From positions 8,618,001-8,682,000 of the forward strand of contig OX597816.1 in assembly GCA_951406725.2 (NCBI GenBank): a stretch of DNA of 64,000 bases, read 5' to 3'. The translations under genes were made by a program, and so were the position numbers. The stretch is from Octopus vulgaris. Taxonomy: Eukaryota. Below the pieces are notes generated by a model that was not told the origin of the DNA, ran no database searches, and was given only the letters and a program-made list of their open reading frames with translations. Below, in pieces: positions 1-13,666 of the stretch (positions within the stretch are counted from its first letter, which is position 1; each line of letters begins with the position of its first letter).

Positions 1-55
1 CAGACCTCAGTCAAACCATCCAAGCCATGCCAGCATGGAAAACGGATGTTAAATG

Positions 56-94
<39 letters not shown>

Positions 95-593
95 AAATAT
101 TTACTACATGAACTACAATGGAAAAATATTGTATATAATTTTTTGTGTGTGCAGAAGAGACATAATTTATTTTAAGCATTACGCAAGAGTAAAATAGTTG
201 AGAAATGCCGCTCTGGACTATAGTAGAAGACATTCGCTCAAAGTGCCAAGCAGTGGGACTGAACTCAAAACTACATGGTTGGAAACTAAATCCAGTGAAG
301 TGGCTCTCTACCAGGACCCATACGACCCTTTTGAGGTCACTATAAGATTTTGCTGTCATAAATTTATGTGCAATAATTTGCTTATATTTCTGCAATACAC
401 AAAATATTTTAATCTTTTTATACAATTCCTGATAAATATTCAATTATGAAAATATTATAGGATTTTTAAAGCATTGAATGGTTATGAGGGTCCAACTGAA
501 TACAAAAAAGAACCGATGGGGTCAATAGCAAAAAAAAAGGGCTGAGAACCTCTGCTTGAAATCAAACAAATTTAGAATGGAGAACAAAGTTAC

Positions 594-803
594 CTCGCTT
601 TCATTCAATGGTCTTTTTTGCAAAGACTTTGGTGTATTAATTGGTCTTACACCTGTTGAGAGAGAGTTAGGGGTTCCAATCACGTTGGGTAATAGAGAAT
701 GGCTTTGGATCTTGGAAGACATCGGTGTGGAATGGTAGATATTGGATGGCGCCGATAGAATGCTATGGATATGTATATTTTCTTTGTTAGATTCCATGAG
801 ATT
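594..803 (-). CDS. NUP35: NUP35 coding exon 9 (NLMESNKEN...RPLNESE); the terminal exon is left of the window
   Basis: ttcacag| and |gtaact, 210 nt, phase 0 to 0; inside ORF 522..797. The expected C-terminal amphipathic helix is not in the window. Confidence 0.85.
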
Positions 804-1182
804 CTGTGAACAAAGTAAAATAAATAATTAGAAAATAATTACTGCAAAACCAATTACATTAAAAAAAATTGCTATTCTGCTTCAAGAGAGAGGATTTTGC
901 AAATCTGAAAATATTTTGGTGTGTTTTAACAACTTGAGATTTTTTCTAATGCCTAACCAATGAATCATTCAAATGAGATTCCTATTCTCCTGTCTTCGTC
1001 TCATACATAAGCTTGGTGGCAGTCGTGGAGTCAGAAACAATTAAGGGGTAGCTGGAGTCAGAGAGGGTGAAACTATACTGACTCTGATTCCGACTCACAA
1101 CATCTTTATTCTTTAATATAAACTAGTTATAACATATAGGCCTACTCAAAGTACAAGCGTATGCATATGCTTTATGAGATAA

Positions 1183-1567
1183 CTAGCAGTATCGCCCGGC
1201 GTTGCTCGGGTTTGTAAGGGAAATAACTATAAAGCATTTTTAGAGAGTTATAGCCAAAAAATAGCAAAAAAATGGGAAAAAAATGATGGTAAATTTTTTT
1301 TTAATCGTTGACTCATTCTAGACATTTTTAGAGAGTTACTTCCCTTATATAATAGCGAAAAAATGCATTAAAATGGAAAAAAATGATGGTAAATTTTTTT
1401 TTAAATCGTAGACTCATCGTAGACACGCGCTAATACCCAGAAGGGCTCGATATGAATCACGACTATAAGATACCCGGTTTTGGTTAAACTGCACCGCAAA
1501 ATGTGGGAGTAGTTAGGAATCTAAATCGTAGGAGACAGACACACAACTTCACTTTTATATATAAAGA
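1183..1567 (-). mobile_element. Non-autonomous Helitron
   Basis: Minus strand A|TC..., subterminal hairpin cccgagcaacgccggg, terminal CTAG|T. Confidence 0.85.
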
Positions 1568-2436
1568 TTACATAAAGATGAGTCAGGGTCAGAATCGAAA
1601 TTTTTTTGTTTCGACTCCACAGCCCTGGTAGGCAAAGTGAAGGGCACAACACACAAGAAAGAAAGACTCACAGAGGAGGTGGAGGAGAAGAGTGAATTGG
1701 AGTAAATGACACTTATGCAAATGAGAAATTTTTATTTAATTTTATCTGAAGGTAATGTTTTCCTTTCTAAATTAGTTTTCATTTCATCATCATCATCGTT
1801 TAGCGTCCGCATTCCATGCTGGCATGGGTTGGACGGTTCGACCAGGGGTCTGGGAAGCCAGAAGGCTGCACCAGGCCCAGTCTGATCTGGCAGAGTTTCT
1901 ACAGCTGGATGCCCTTCCTAACGCCAACCACTCCATGAGTGTAGTGGGTGCTTTTTACATGCCAGACGAGGCCGACAAACGGCTACGATCGGATGGTGCT
2001 TTTTACGTGCCACTGGCAAGGAGGGCAGTCGGGGCAGTGCTGGCAATGGTCACGTTCGGATGGTTCTCTTATGTGCCACCGGCACTGGTATCACAGCTAC
2101 GATTTCCATTGATGTTATTTTGTATAAGCACCACGAAATCAGATAGTAGTTAAATCATATCTTGTGTCTTGAGAAGGTCATTTCACCAATAATAACACAT
2201 GCACTGGTTCTATATCACTTCTTTACTGTTAGTCATTTGGTTAAACATCTAACAAACTAACTAATCAATCATTCGTTTAATGTGCTGCTTGGTTGGTTGG
2301 TTTGTTAATGAAAGACCTCTCAGTGCTGTTTGCAACCTTCTCAATAACTGCCCTCTCGCCTCAAGGGCTACAGATTCAAATTGAGAATCTTACAAACCAA
2401 ATACAAAAACAAAGTTAAATTATAATCATCGTATTA

Positions 2437-2598
2437 GGCGCAGGAGTGGCTGTGTGGTAAGTAGCTTGCTAACCAACCACATGGTTCTGGGTTCAGTCCC
2501 ACTGTGTGGCATCTTGGGCAAGTGTCTTCTGCTATAGCCCCGGGCCGACCAATGCCTTGTGAGTGGATTTGGTAGACGGAAACTGAAAGAAGCCTGTC

Positions 2599-2631
<33 letters not shown>

Positions 2632-2868
2632 TGTGTGTGTATATGTTTGTGTGTGTGTGTTTGTCCCCCTAGCATTGCTTGACAACCGATGCTGGTGTGT
2701 TTACGTCCCCGTCACTTAGCGGTTCGGCAAAAGAGACCGATAGAATAAGTACTGGGCTTACAAAGAATAAGTTCCGGGGTCGATTTCCTCGACTAAAGGC
2801 GGTGCTCCAGCATGGCCGCAGTCAAATGACTGAAACAAGTAAAAGAGTAAAAGAGAGAGAGAGTAAAG
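2437..2868 (+). mobile_element. Full-length tRNA-derived SINE family A (other copies ~4912-5295 -, 19233-19620 +, 29986-30335 +, 45020-45310 +)
   Basis: Head ggcgcaggagtggctgtgtggtaag (A-box-like) and ggttcagtccc (B-box-like); internal (TA)n(TG)n; 3' ccagcatggccgcagtcaaatgactgaaac with an (agtaaaag)n tail. Confidence 0.85.
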
Positions 2869-2997
2869 AGTATGTTTGCCAAATTTCTCGATATAAGCTA
2901 CGGTGGTAAAAGCAAACTCCCTATTTTACCCATCATGTGACAAGTAACACCCTGGTTTTAAAATCAAGATACCTAAGTAAGAGAAGTGGGGGATTAC

Positions 2998-3126
2998 CTT
3001 ATCAATGCAAGGTGTAACTCCCAACATAATACTATCACCAAATATTTTGCCATTCTTGCTGAGAGCCTTTTTAGCTTGTAATTTGGATTGATACTGTATA
3101 TGCATCCAATTGCCATCTGAAGATAT
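2998..3126 (-). CDS. NUP35: NUP35 coding exon 8 ([43 protein letters not shown])
   Basis: Very close to the NUP35 RRM C-half [39 protein letters not shown]. gttgtag| and |gtaatc, 129 nt. Confidence 0.96.
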
Positions 3127-5292
3127 CTACAACAAAACAAGAAAAAAAATTTTTTAAATAAAGATATAAATTTAGAATTAAACAGAAATGGGGGGGAGAT
3201 AATAACTAAAACAGCAGCTGGTAAAGAACATATCTTTTCTCCACTTCAATAACATTACGGATTCTCTACGCTGAAATTGTTAGAAGAACTTTCTGACCAA
3301 ATTCATTATCAAAACATAAAGTAATCAACATCAATCTTTAATTACACAACACATATTCTGTACAGTTATCATCATCATCAGCAACATAGTCATTTTGAGA
3401 GTAATGTTGGTGGACAGCCAAACTTGTGAATCACCACAACATAGGATGGTGGACTGTGTCAAATGTCTTTGTTAAATTGATGAAGGTGTAACCTATGTCC
3501 CTCTCAGCAGTTCATGACACTTTTCAAGAAGATGGGTCACAAATATCAGGTGAGAAATACTTCTTTCTGGTCAAAATCCACATAGGGACTTAAGGCATGA
3601 CCAGGTTGGCAACAAGTGGAAGACTGAGGGGAATCGTTGTCAGCGTCACCTCACTGGCACTTGTGCCGGTTTCACGTGAACAAAACATTCGAGCGAGGTT
3701 GTTGCCAGTGCTGCTGGACTGACTCCTGTGCAGGTGGCACGTAAAAAACACCATTTTCGAGTGTGGCCATTGCCAGTACCGCCAGACTAGCCCTCGTGCC
3801 GGTGGCACTTTATAAGCACCCACTACATTCTCGGAGTGGTTGGCGTTAGGAAGGGCATCCAGCTGTAGAAACTCTGCCAGATCAGATTGGAGCCTGGTGC
3901 AGCCATCTGGTTTGCCAGTCCTCAGTCAAATCGTTCAACCCATGCTAGCATGGAAAGCGAAGGTTAAACGATGATGATGATCTTTCCGGTATTATCTGGA
4001 TGAGAGATTCCTCTGCTGTTGCCAAACTCTGTATGGTTTCCCTCGTGCTTGTAGTCTGTGACAGTATTGGAGTGTTTCCACCTGTCAGGTATAGTCTTCC
4101 CCTGCCAGCAGAGAAGAAACAAAGAGTGACAATGGGATATGAAGTGAGGCTTGCCGCACACGTTCATCTCATCTGGAATCCCACCATCGCTGAGCAAGTA
4201 AATAGAGTCATTTAATGTTCATTTTGTTGAGGCACATCTTGTACAGCAGGATGCCTTTCCTGTTGCTAACCTGCCTCATTAAATTCCATCTCGTGCATGC
4301 AGACAAGGAAAAGTGGACATTAAATGGTGATAACCATGTATTTATTATCTCCCTGGTCTTTCATCTAACAAACTTCTGAATGACTTGACATGTCTCATAC
4401 AAAGCACAAACGACATCATGGCTTAAGTTGTGACATGGTTTTATATTAAGCATTTAAACAATGTCAAAACACTATCATTTGTTTCACATCCATTTCCCCA
4501 TTCCTGCACAGACCAGACAGAATTCACTAAGGCAGATTTTCCATAGCCAGATGCCCTTTCTGTTACTAGAAAGGTAATATTTCTCCATGGTTGGACATGC
4601 CTTCCATGGAAGGTTGGATAGCAACATTTGTTCATAATTATCACAGCATGTGTGACATCAACACAATGAGACAAACATACACCCACATTATATTTTATAT
4701 ACATTCTTACATGCCAGGACGGCGGTGACACATAAAAAGCACCCACCACACTCACGGAGTGGTTGGCATTAGGAAGGGCATCCAGCTGTAGAAACACTGC
4801 CAGATCAGACTGGAGCCTGGTGCAGCCTCCTGGTTTCCCAGACCCCAGTTGAACCGTCCAACCTATGCTAGCATGGAAAACGGACGTTAAACGATGACAT
4901 ATATATATAGACTCTTTTACTTGTTTCAGTCATTTGACTGCGGCTATGCTGGAGCACCGCCTTTAATCGAGAAAATCAACCCCGGGACTTATTCTTTTGT
5001 AAGCCCAGTACTTATTCTATCGGGTTCTTTTTGCCGCACCGCTAAGTGACGGAGACGTAAACACACCAGCATCGGTTGTCAAGCAATGCTAGGGGGACGA
5101 ACACAGACACACACACACATATACATATATACGATAGGCTTCTTTCAGTTTCCATCTACCAAATCCACTCACAAGGCTTTGGTCGGCTCGAGGCTATAGT
5201 AGAAGACACTTGCCCAAGGTGCCACGCAGTGGGACTGAACCCGGAAACATGTGGTTGGTTAGCAAGCTACTTACCACACAGCCACTCTTGCG

Positions 5293-5336
<44 letters not shown>

Positions 5337-5618
5337 GCTTCTTTTAGATTGCACCTATCAAATCCACTCCCAAGGCTTTGGTTAGTCCAGAGCTACAACA
5401 GAAGACACTTGGCAAAAAGAGCCACACTGTCGGACAAAACTAAAAACTGAAATAGCTGTGTCGTTAAGATGTAAACCTCTTAAAACAGCCATGCTCACCC
5501 CTCTATATTGAAATTATCCCAGGGAAGATCTCAGGGTTATTTTTATTTACAAAATATCCTCCTCACACACACATACACACACACAAACTGACAGAGAAAG
5601 AAAGAATGGAGTACATAC

Positions 5619-5688
5619 CACATGTTGTAAAATGTTTCCATATTGTGAGAACTGGTCAAGGATATAAGATGCAGCGGCTGAATTGAAG
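5619..5688 (-). CDS. NUP35: NUP35 coding exon 7 (FNSAAASYILDQFSQYGNILQHV)
   Basis: Matches RRM segment ASYILLQFAQYGNILKHV. ctcctcag| and |gtatgt, 70 nt, phase 2 to 0. Confidence 0.95.
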
Positions 5689-5809
5689 CTGAGGAGAAAA
5701 GGAAAATTCTAAATAACCAGACGGAAAGAAATCATTTTTAAATGTGAGTCTCTTCTTCACAGCTGAATCCATGTCAGAAGGAACCCATAACCCATTATCA
5801 TTTATCATT

Positions 5810-5843
<34 letters not shown>

Positions 5844-5848
<5 letters not shown>

Positions 5849-6171
5849 TAGTTATCGCCATACTAATATGGCAGTCTATAAATATAAGACTAAAGCTGTC
5901 ACTGATTAGCTCCAAGAGGCCATCGCCTCTAGCTAGCTGTATGACACACGAACCTGACTACGCTGCATTGATAAAGGGCAACAACCCTCAAACATGTCTG
6001 CAGATATCTGATTAGCAAGGTGAAGCGGCTGACTTCCCCTGTTCGAAGGTTGTAGTGGACGCAGGTTTGTGTCATATAGCTAGCTAGAGGCGGTGGCCTC
6101 TTGGAGCTAATCAGCAACAGCTTTAGTCTTATATTTAGACTGCCATATTAGTATGGCGATAACTATTAATA
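5844..6171. repeat. Inverted repeat (~110-bp arms) embedded in (TA)n
   Basis: attaatagttatcgccatactaatatggcagtc... (5844-5957) mirrored at 6062-6171. Confidence 0.8.
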
Positions 6172-7125
6172 TCCAGTAACGCTGCCGTAATCTCCTTTAG
6201 AGAGACTTAGTAATTTTAATATTTCTATTATATATATATATAGGGAGAGATTACGAAAAAAACAAAAGATGAAGACAGGTGGTGTATAAAACAAACAGAT
6301 GTATTAGTATAATGTTCAGGAATAGAAAAAGTCTTTTACGTCTCGAGCCTACGCTCTTCTACAGAAAGAGACACAGAAAAAACAAGGAGAAAAAAAATGT
6401 GTAGTGGCTAACGATCTATCATGGCATCTATATATATGTATATATGTACACACGTCCTGCCTACGTTAGCATGGAAGGTGGTCATTAAATGATGATGATA
6501 CATATAGTAATAATGAAAATGACTTGTGGAAGGAAATTTTTGCATTTTATTGCAATATGTTACTATATACCACATATTCATTTGTGAGGATATTATTAAA
6601 TATTTATAATATCTATGAATCTTGAGCATGCCTCTATTCCATGGGTATGCTCAAGATTTATAGATATTATAAATAATGTCTAATGATATCCTATGGTGTG
6701 TGAGAATATCCCCACAAATGAATTATGTGATATGCAGAAACGTATGGTGCAACACATTGATGAAGTACAAAAGTTCCCACCCCCAAGCCATTTTTGTTGT
6801 TACTATATTGATCCCAAGTTGTAAGGAATTCTGCAAAGATAACCGTTCTACAGGATGACTCTGGAAGACAGGAACAACAGATGGCAGCTGACAAGAAACA
6901 TAGGAGCTTCTACGAGGGCATTGAGAGGCATTGGCTCTAAACAAGCGCATATATATCGTTACGTTCTGAGTTCAAATTCCGCCGAAGTCAACTTTGCCTT
7001 TCATCCTTTCGGGGTCAATAAATAAAGTACCAGTTTCGCACTGGGGTCGATGTAATCAACTTAATCCCTTAGTTTGTTCTTGTTTGTCCCCTCTATGTCT
7101 AACCCCTTGTGGGCAATAAAGAAAG

Positions 7126-7182
<57 letters not shown>

Positions 7183-8039
7183 CATATAAACAGACTGGCT
7201 GCTTGTTTTTGTGGAACTGGTCAAGTGATGTCAACACCTCTGATGAGAACACAAAGTTTGAAAATCAATTAACCCTTTCGTTACTCTATTTATTTTAAGA
7301 TGCTCTGTGTTTCTTCCAATTAATTTTAAATGTAACAAAGAATTTAGTAAAATAACTTAGTTATCATTCAGCTAGTGTTAGCAACATAAATCGTGACTAA
7401 GGTTTGGTGGAAGATTTTAATTCAAAACTTATGAAAACAAGACATTTGTACTACAGAGCCAGAGGTGGTTTCAGCCAGGTTGGTATCAAAAGAGTTTAAA
7501 ATATCATGGTAACTTTAACCCTTTTGCTACCATATTTCTGTTGAGATGCTCTGTGTTTCTTGCAATTAATCTTAAATTTAAATTTAAAAAATTAATCTTA
7601 AATCAAAGAATTTAGTAAAATAACTTAGTTATCATTCAGCTAGTGTTAGGAACATAAATTGGGACTAAGGTTTGGGGGAAGATTTTAATTCAAAACTTAT
7701 GGAAACAAGACATTTGTACTACAGAGCCAAAGGCAGTTTTAGCTGGGTTGGTAACGAAAGGGCTGTCTGGCATGTTTTCAATCAATGGAGAAATAGGTAA
7801 ATTTACCCCGTTTGTACACCTATTGCATAATTTGTGTGTGCATGTGTACTTTTCTTCATGTTGGAGGTGCATGTTTTTTAGGGGTTAAAATTGAAGTTGG
7901 GTGTGGGACAAAAAAAAAAAAGATTTAGAATCCCTGATGTAGAGGCTCCCTTGTTGGTTTCTTCATCAACAAATAATGTGCAAAAATGTAGACAAAAACT
8001 ATTCCAAGACAAAGGCAAGATATCAAAAGAGAGACTTAC

Positions 8040-8093
8040 CCGAAAATAGTAACCCAAGTTTCATCAAGTTGGTCAGTAACCAATAAAGATTCT
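8040..8093 (-). CDS. NUP35: NUP35 coding exon 6 (ESLLVTDQLDETWVTIFG), start of the RRM/MPPN domain
   Basis: WVTIFG corresponds to the Nup35 RRM motif WVTVFG. cttgcag| and |gtaagt, 54 nt, phase 2 to 2. Confidence 0.93.
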
Positions 8094-9672
8094 CTGCAAG
8101 AAAAAGAATTTCATTAGTTAAAAGTCGCAAAGTTACAATTTTTAACTTTATTGCCAAAAGAATTAGGGATTTTGTCCAAGATACAAATCCAAAGTCTTTT
8201 CAATAGAAACTTCAGATGTGGCTGTGTGGCAAAAGAAGCCTGCTTCTCAACAACATGCTTCCGGGTTCAGTCCCACTGCATGGCACCTTGGGCAAGTTTC
8301 TTCTACTACAGCCTCAGGCCAATCAAAGCCTTGCGAGTGAATTTAGTAGACAGAAACTGAAAGAAGCCCATCATATCATATCATCGTTTAACGTCTGCTT
8401 TCCATGTTAGCATGAGTTGGACGATTTGACTGAGGTCTGGCAAACCAGATGGCTGCACCAGACTCCAGTCTGATCTGGCAGAGTTTCTACAGCTGGATGC
8501 CCTTCCTAAAACCAACCACTCCGAGAGTAGTGGATGCTTTTATGTGCCACCGGCACGAAGGCCAGTCAGGCGGTACTGGCAATGGCCACACTCAAATGGT
8601 GCTTTTTATGTGCCACCTGTACAGGAGCCAGTCCAGCGGCACTGGCAACGACCCTGCTCCAATGTTTTTTTTCATGTGTCACCAGAACAAGTGCTAGTAA
8701 GGCGACGCAGGTAACAATCACACTCATATATCATCATCATCATCGTTTAACGTCCGCTTTCCATACTAGCATGGGTTGGACGGTTCGACCGGGGATCTGG
8801 GAAGCCAGAAGATTGCACCAGGCTCCAGTCTGATCTGGCAAGGTTTCTACAGCTGGATGCCCTTCCTAACGCCAACCACTCCGTGAGTGTAGTGGGTGCT
8901 TTTTACGTGTGTGCATCTTTGTGTCTGTGTTTGTACCCACTGCTTGACAATCAGTGTTGGTGTCCCCATAACTTAGCGGTTCAAGAAAAGAGACCGATAG
9001 AAATACTAGGTTTGAATATAAAAACTGGGGTCAAATCATTTGACTAAAAATTCAAGGTGGTGCCCTGGTATGACCGCAGTCTAATAACCGACACAAGTAA
9101 TGGATTTTAACACCTGTGACTTTGTACTAAATTAATTCCTAATTAATTGCTAGCACAGGTTGGGTGGTTTGACCGGGGATCTGGGAAGCCAGAAGGCTGC
9201 ACCAGGCCCAGTCTGATCTGGCAGTGTTTCTACAGCTGGATGCCCTTCCTAACACCAACCACTCCGTGAGTGTAGTGGGTGCTTTTTACGTGCCACCCGC
9301 ACAGGTGCCAGGCGAGGCTGGCCACGGACGGATTGGTGCATTTTACGTGCCACCGGCAGGGAAGCCAGTCGAGGCGGCACTGGCATCGTGTTGAAAAATG
9401 TGTATGGCATCATCATTTGAAACCCCTTTTTCCATGCTAGCATGGGTTGGACAGTTTGACAGGAACCGACGCACCAGAGGCCTGCACTGAACTCCAATAT
9501 TTTATTTTTTTTGTTTGGCATGGTTTCTACGTTGGATGTCCTTTTTCATGCCAGCTACTTCACAGAGTGTACTTGGTGCTTTTATCCACGGCACCAGCAT
9601 TAGTGAAGTCACCAGGTATCTGCAGAACAATACCCCACCCCCTTAACATGTTTGTAGAAATTAAATACATAC

Positions 9673-9793
9673 CCTTGAGTATAAAAAGGATCCATTTGTG
9701 TTGGAGATGTGTGTATTTTGGAGACCTGCTGGAAACTTTGATTAATATTAGAGACATTTAGTGGGCTTGTATTCGATAATGGTGATGATCCAC
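9673..9793 (-). CDS. NUP35: NUP35 coding exon 5 (...HTSPTQMDPFYTQG)
   Basis: SPTQMDPFYTQG matches the NUP35 SPAQLDPFYTQG motif. tttccag| and |gtatgt, 121 nt, phase 1 to 2. Confidence 0.93.
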
Positions 9794-10029
9794 CTGGAAA
9801 TATAAAAGTAAAACAATCATTTTATGTCTTATAATCAGGGCCAGATTAAGACCCATAAAGGCCCCAAGCACTTAAAAGAATTTGCTGCCCCCACATATAA
9901 ATGGAATTCAAAATTTGAAAAGTTTTCTATTCTTTTTTAATTGGAAAGTCTTTGATCAGATCCTCAAAATTACTCTTGCGTAACACACCTGCTTCTATAC
10001 TTAATAAAGATAAGGCATCAAGAACATTA

Positions 10030-10480
10030 TTTTAGCAACAGGACAAGTGAGACCATAACCCGTGGCCTTTACCTGGGATGTAGCCAGTCCACTTATGCAC
10101 ACCTTTCCTTCTTGGGACACAAAACTCTGCTTGCGAAGACCTGTTGAGGCAAGTGGAATCAAAATTGATCAAAAATCAATGGAAATTGTAGTTGTGATAC
10201 CAGTGCCAGTGGCACGTAAAAGAAACATCCGAACGTGGCCAATGCCAGTGCTGCCTTGACTGGCCTCTGTGCCGGTGGCATGTAAAAAGCACCAACCGTG
10301 GCCGTTGCCAGCCTCGCCTGGCACCTGTGCCGGTAGCACGTAAAAAGCACACACTACACTCATGGAGTGGTTGGCGTTAGGAAGAGCATCCAGCTGTAGA
10401 AACACTGCCAGATCAGACAAGGCCTGGTGCAGCCTCCTGGCTTCCCAGACCCCGGTTAAGCGGACGTTAAACGATGACGA
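10030..10480 (+). mobile_element. RTE 3'-end repeat, representative of ~20 copies (e.g. 1786-2110, 3595-3980, 8385-8910, 10717-11030, 11644-12060, 15740-16035, 16724-17105, 28330-28562, 34885-35345, 37360-37692, 39335-39620)
   Basis: All share ggcacgtaaaaagcacc units, ggaagggcatccagctgtagaaac and a cggacgttaaacgatgatgat tail; same family as the 3' UTR at 62690-63237. Confidence 0.85.
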
Positions 10481-11237
10481 AAGTGGTTTCTTTTGTGCCG
10501 TAAACCCCTTACCATTTCCGTGGTGTCCTCTTCCCTTGATGCTTTAAGCACATGCTCATAAGGGCTTAGTGGTTAGGCCAGCGCTGTTTATAATGATCAT
10601 ATTTTGGGGTTATGCAGTTCCATGCAGCCTTCACACGAAACCAGGCTCAGCTGCTTTCATTTCTCTTAATGACTGCTTGGTTTTGTTATTTGCTGAGAAT
10701 TTATTCTTTGCCTTTCATCATCATCATCATTTAGCATCCCGTTTTCCGCGCTAGCACAGGTTGGACAGTTCGACCAGGGTCTGGGAAGCCAGAAGGCTGC
10801 ACCAGGCTCCAGTCTGATCTGGCAGTGTTTCTACAGCTGGATGCCCTTCCTAACACCAACCACTCCGCGAGTGTAGTGGGTGCTTTTTACGTGCCACCTG
10901 CACAGGTGCCAGAGGAGGCTGGCATCGGCCACGATCGGTTGGTGCTTTTAACGTGACACCGGCACGGAAGCTAGCCAAAGCGGCGCTGGCATCGGCCACG
11001 TTTGGATGGTGCTTTTTATGTGCCACCGGCATAAGATTTAATGTGGTGTGATACATTGGATCCTGTAAAAGGCTGAGCATCCTTTCTACTATTGGCACAA
11101 GGCCTGACATTTTGGGGGAAGGGACAAGCAGATTACATTGCTCCCAGTATACAACTGGTATTCATTTCACCAACCTTGATGGTATTTGAACACAAGATGG
11201 ATGAAATGCAGCAAAGCTTTCTGTCCAGCCATGCCCA

Positions 11238-11550
11238 TGAATTACAGTGTCCCCTGGGGGAGGAGCTGAATGAGGCAGCACAACCCAGGCAGAGATGGCA
11301 GGTGACCATCCATATCTGGAGGGCATCTGACCGTGTAATGGTGGTGGTCATGGTTGAAAGGGCTGGGAGAGGAGACAGAATGCCTGTTGGACTGAAGTTG
11401 GAGTGTGGTGATGAGTGACTTAATACCATTCAATCTGGGTTGTCTTGTGTGTTTGTGCTCGGTCTAAGAATTTCACACTTTATTAGATATGAAGTGAAAT
11501 TAAATCCAACTGTATGGCCTTGGGTTCAATCCCACTACATAGCACTTTGA
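11238..11550. repeat. Local inverted duplicate of 14240-14725 (minus its SINE)
   Basis: Twin ORFs 11242..11433(-) and 14519..14770(+); direct reverse-complement match. Confidence 0.9.
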
Positions 11551-12157
11551 TTTGCCAGCTCACCACTTTATACTTTATAATTAGGCATTAGTATTGACTA
11601 CACACACACACACACACACACAATAGGTGCAGGCATTAGCTGTCATCATCATCATCATCGTTTAACGTCCATTTTCCATGCTGGCATGGGTTGGATGGTT
11701 CGACAGGGGTCTGGGAAGACAGGAGGCTGTACCAGGCTCCAGTCTGATCTGGCAGTGTTTCTACAGCTGGATGCCCTTCCTAACGCCAACCACTCCGTGA
11801 GTGTAGTGGGTGCTTTTTACGTGCTACCAGCACAGGGGCCAGAGGAGACTGGCAAACGTCCACGATCAGTTGGTGCTTTTACGTGTCACAGACACGGACG
11901 CCAGTCAGGCGGCGCTTCGACGTTTGGACGGTGCTTTTCTTTTAACATGTGACCGGCACGGGTGTCTTAACTACTATTCCCATTCAATTTTCATTTGATG
12001 TTGCTGTTGATGTACTTGACTCAATAGGTCTTCTCAAGAACAGCAGGTCACTCTACGATCCGGGTGAAAAGTTTGTTCTGCAACCAAATGGTTTTAAGTT
12101 CAGTCCCATTGCAAGACAATACAAGGAAGTGTTTTTTTTTTCCCAGTTATAACCCAG

Positions 12158-12393
12158 ACCTATTTCTTTACTACCCACAAGGGGCTAAACACAGAGAGGA
12201 CAAACAAGGAGAAACAAACGGATTAAGTCGATTATATCGACCCCAGTGCGTAACTGGTACTTAATTTATCGACCCCGAAAGGATGAAAGGCAAAGTCGAC
12301 CTCGGCGGAATTTGAACTGAGAACGTAACGGCAGATGAAATACAGCTACGCATTTCGCCCGGCGTGCTAACGTTTCTGCCAGCTCGCCGCCTT
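12158..12393 (-). mobile_element. Full-length tRNA-derived SINE family B (other copies ~6958-7128, 14370-14536, 43931-44560, 45837-46070)
   Basis: Head aaggcggcgagctggcag..., B-box-like gagttcaaattcc, conserved central gactttgcctttcatcctttcggggtcgat, tail cccttgtgggtagtaaagaaata. Confidence 0.85.
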
Positions 12394-12457
12394 GTTATAA
12401 CCCAGACCGACCAACCCCATCCATGAATGAATTGTGAATAATTAAATTTGCTCTTAC

Positions 12458-12539
12458 CAATTTGCATCATTTCAGGTTCAGAGATGGGCCGCGATACAGC
12501 TGGGGATGTGTGTTGTTGAGTGAAGGAGGAGTAAGGAGT
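12458..12539 (-). CDS. NUP35: NUP35 coding exon 4 (TPYSSFTQQHTSPAVSRPISEPEMMQI)
   Basis: tttttgtag| and |gtaaga, 82 nt, phase 0 to 1; needed to reconcile the phases of the flanking exons. Confidence 0.82.
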
Positions 12540-12796
12540 CTACAAAAATGTGAAACAGGAAATGTGAAAGTAATGTCAACAGGAGAAATAATAAGTGAGA
12601 TTAGAAATTAGCCGTTTGATTCTTTTGAAAGCAACCTGTCTAAGACTGCCTCTGATTCTAAGATACAAACTTCCTATTTTCAAGTGATTTAAATTAAAAC
12701 CGTTAATCAAAATTTCACGTTAATTTATATTTTAAACATCAGCTTAATAATAACAAAAATATTTTACTAAATTCTTTTTGAAGTGTGTGTGTGTGT

Positions 12797-13252
12797 TAGA
12801 TAAAATGAAACAACAAAGCCAAGGCAATGTGAAATTTCTAGGACATTTTATAAAGAGTAAAGTAGTCTTAACAGCTGTTTCAGGGAAATAAAAGATATCT
12901 CATCATTAGAGATGATATGAGAAAGTTAACTAGAAGGAAATAGTTGAGTTCAATATAGGAAGTTATTTTGGAAAGAGAGAGATATAAGTACAAAGGGAAG
13001 TATGAGGATAAGAATAAAAATATATAATACATACAATTTATTTTTATTCTCATATTTAGCTTTATACTTCCTACATCTCTCCCTTTCCAAAATAACTTAT
13101 ATTGAACTCTACTATTTCCTTCTATTTAACTCTCTCGTATTGTCTCTATATATAGCTTTTATATCCCTGAAACAGCTGTTAAGACTACCTTTCTCTTTAT
13201 AAACGTCCTAGAAATTTCACACTGGCTTGGCTTTGTTGTCTCATTTTATTTA
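12797..13252. repeat. Fold-back element, possibly Penelope-derived
   Basis: ~12797-13020 mirrored by ~13040-13252; both arms contain gaaacagctgt. Confidence 0.65.
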
Positions 13253-13666
13253 CCATATACACGTTCACACACGACTTGCGTTAGACTCTTCACTCATACT
13301 ATTATTGAACCAGGAGTCTAACAGCAGTCCTTCTGTAGTACTTACATAGCCTTACCTGCCTTTTGGGTCTTCCAGACACCAAACCCTCTCATACATATGT
13401 ATATATGAAATTTTGAATTTAGTTCATGGACCCCCTGTACTACCTTTGTGGACCACTAGGGGTCCGTGGACTCCTGGTTGGTGGGGTCACTGCTTTAATG
13501 TAATGCACTATAACCATTTTCCTCCGTGAACATATGCTGCTAAAACTGGGGCATATCTAATATGCATACGTGTTTTTTATGTTATCAAATACAATAAACA
13601 AATTAAGACAAACAAAGTTACTTTCATCGTATTTTGTTTAATGAGAATCAAGCTTAATCAACTTAC

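Noticed and set aside
1824-2153. Recurrent ORFs such as FLQLDALPNANHS..VVGAFY and MSSNARGTNT.. throughout the window
   Set aside because: These are translations of RTE 3' UTR and SINE copies, not a gene family.
7234-7270. ctgatga-gaac-acaaa-gttt-gaaa hammerhead-like core (weaker ones at ~6335, 12870, 20711, 32950)
   Set aside because: Stems I/III and the cleavage triplet could not be formed; at best decayed remnants.
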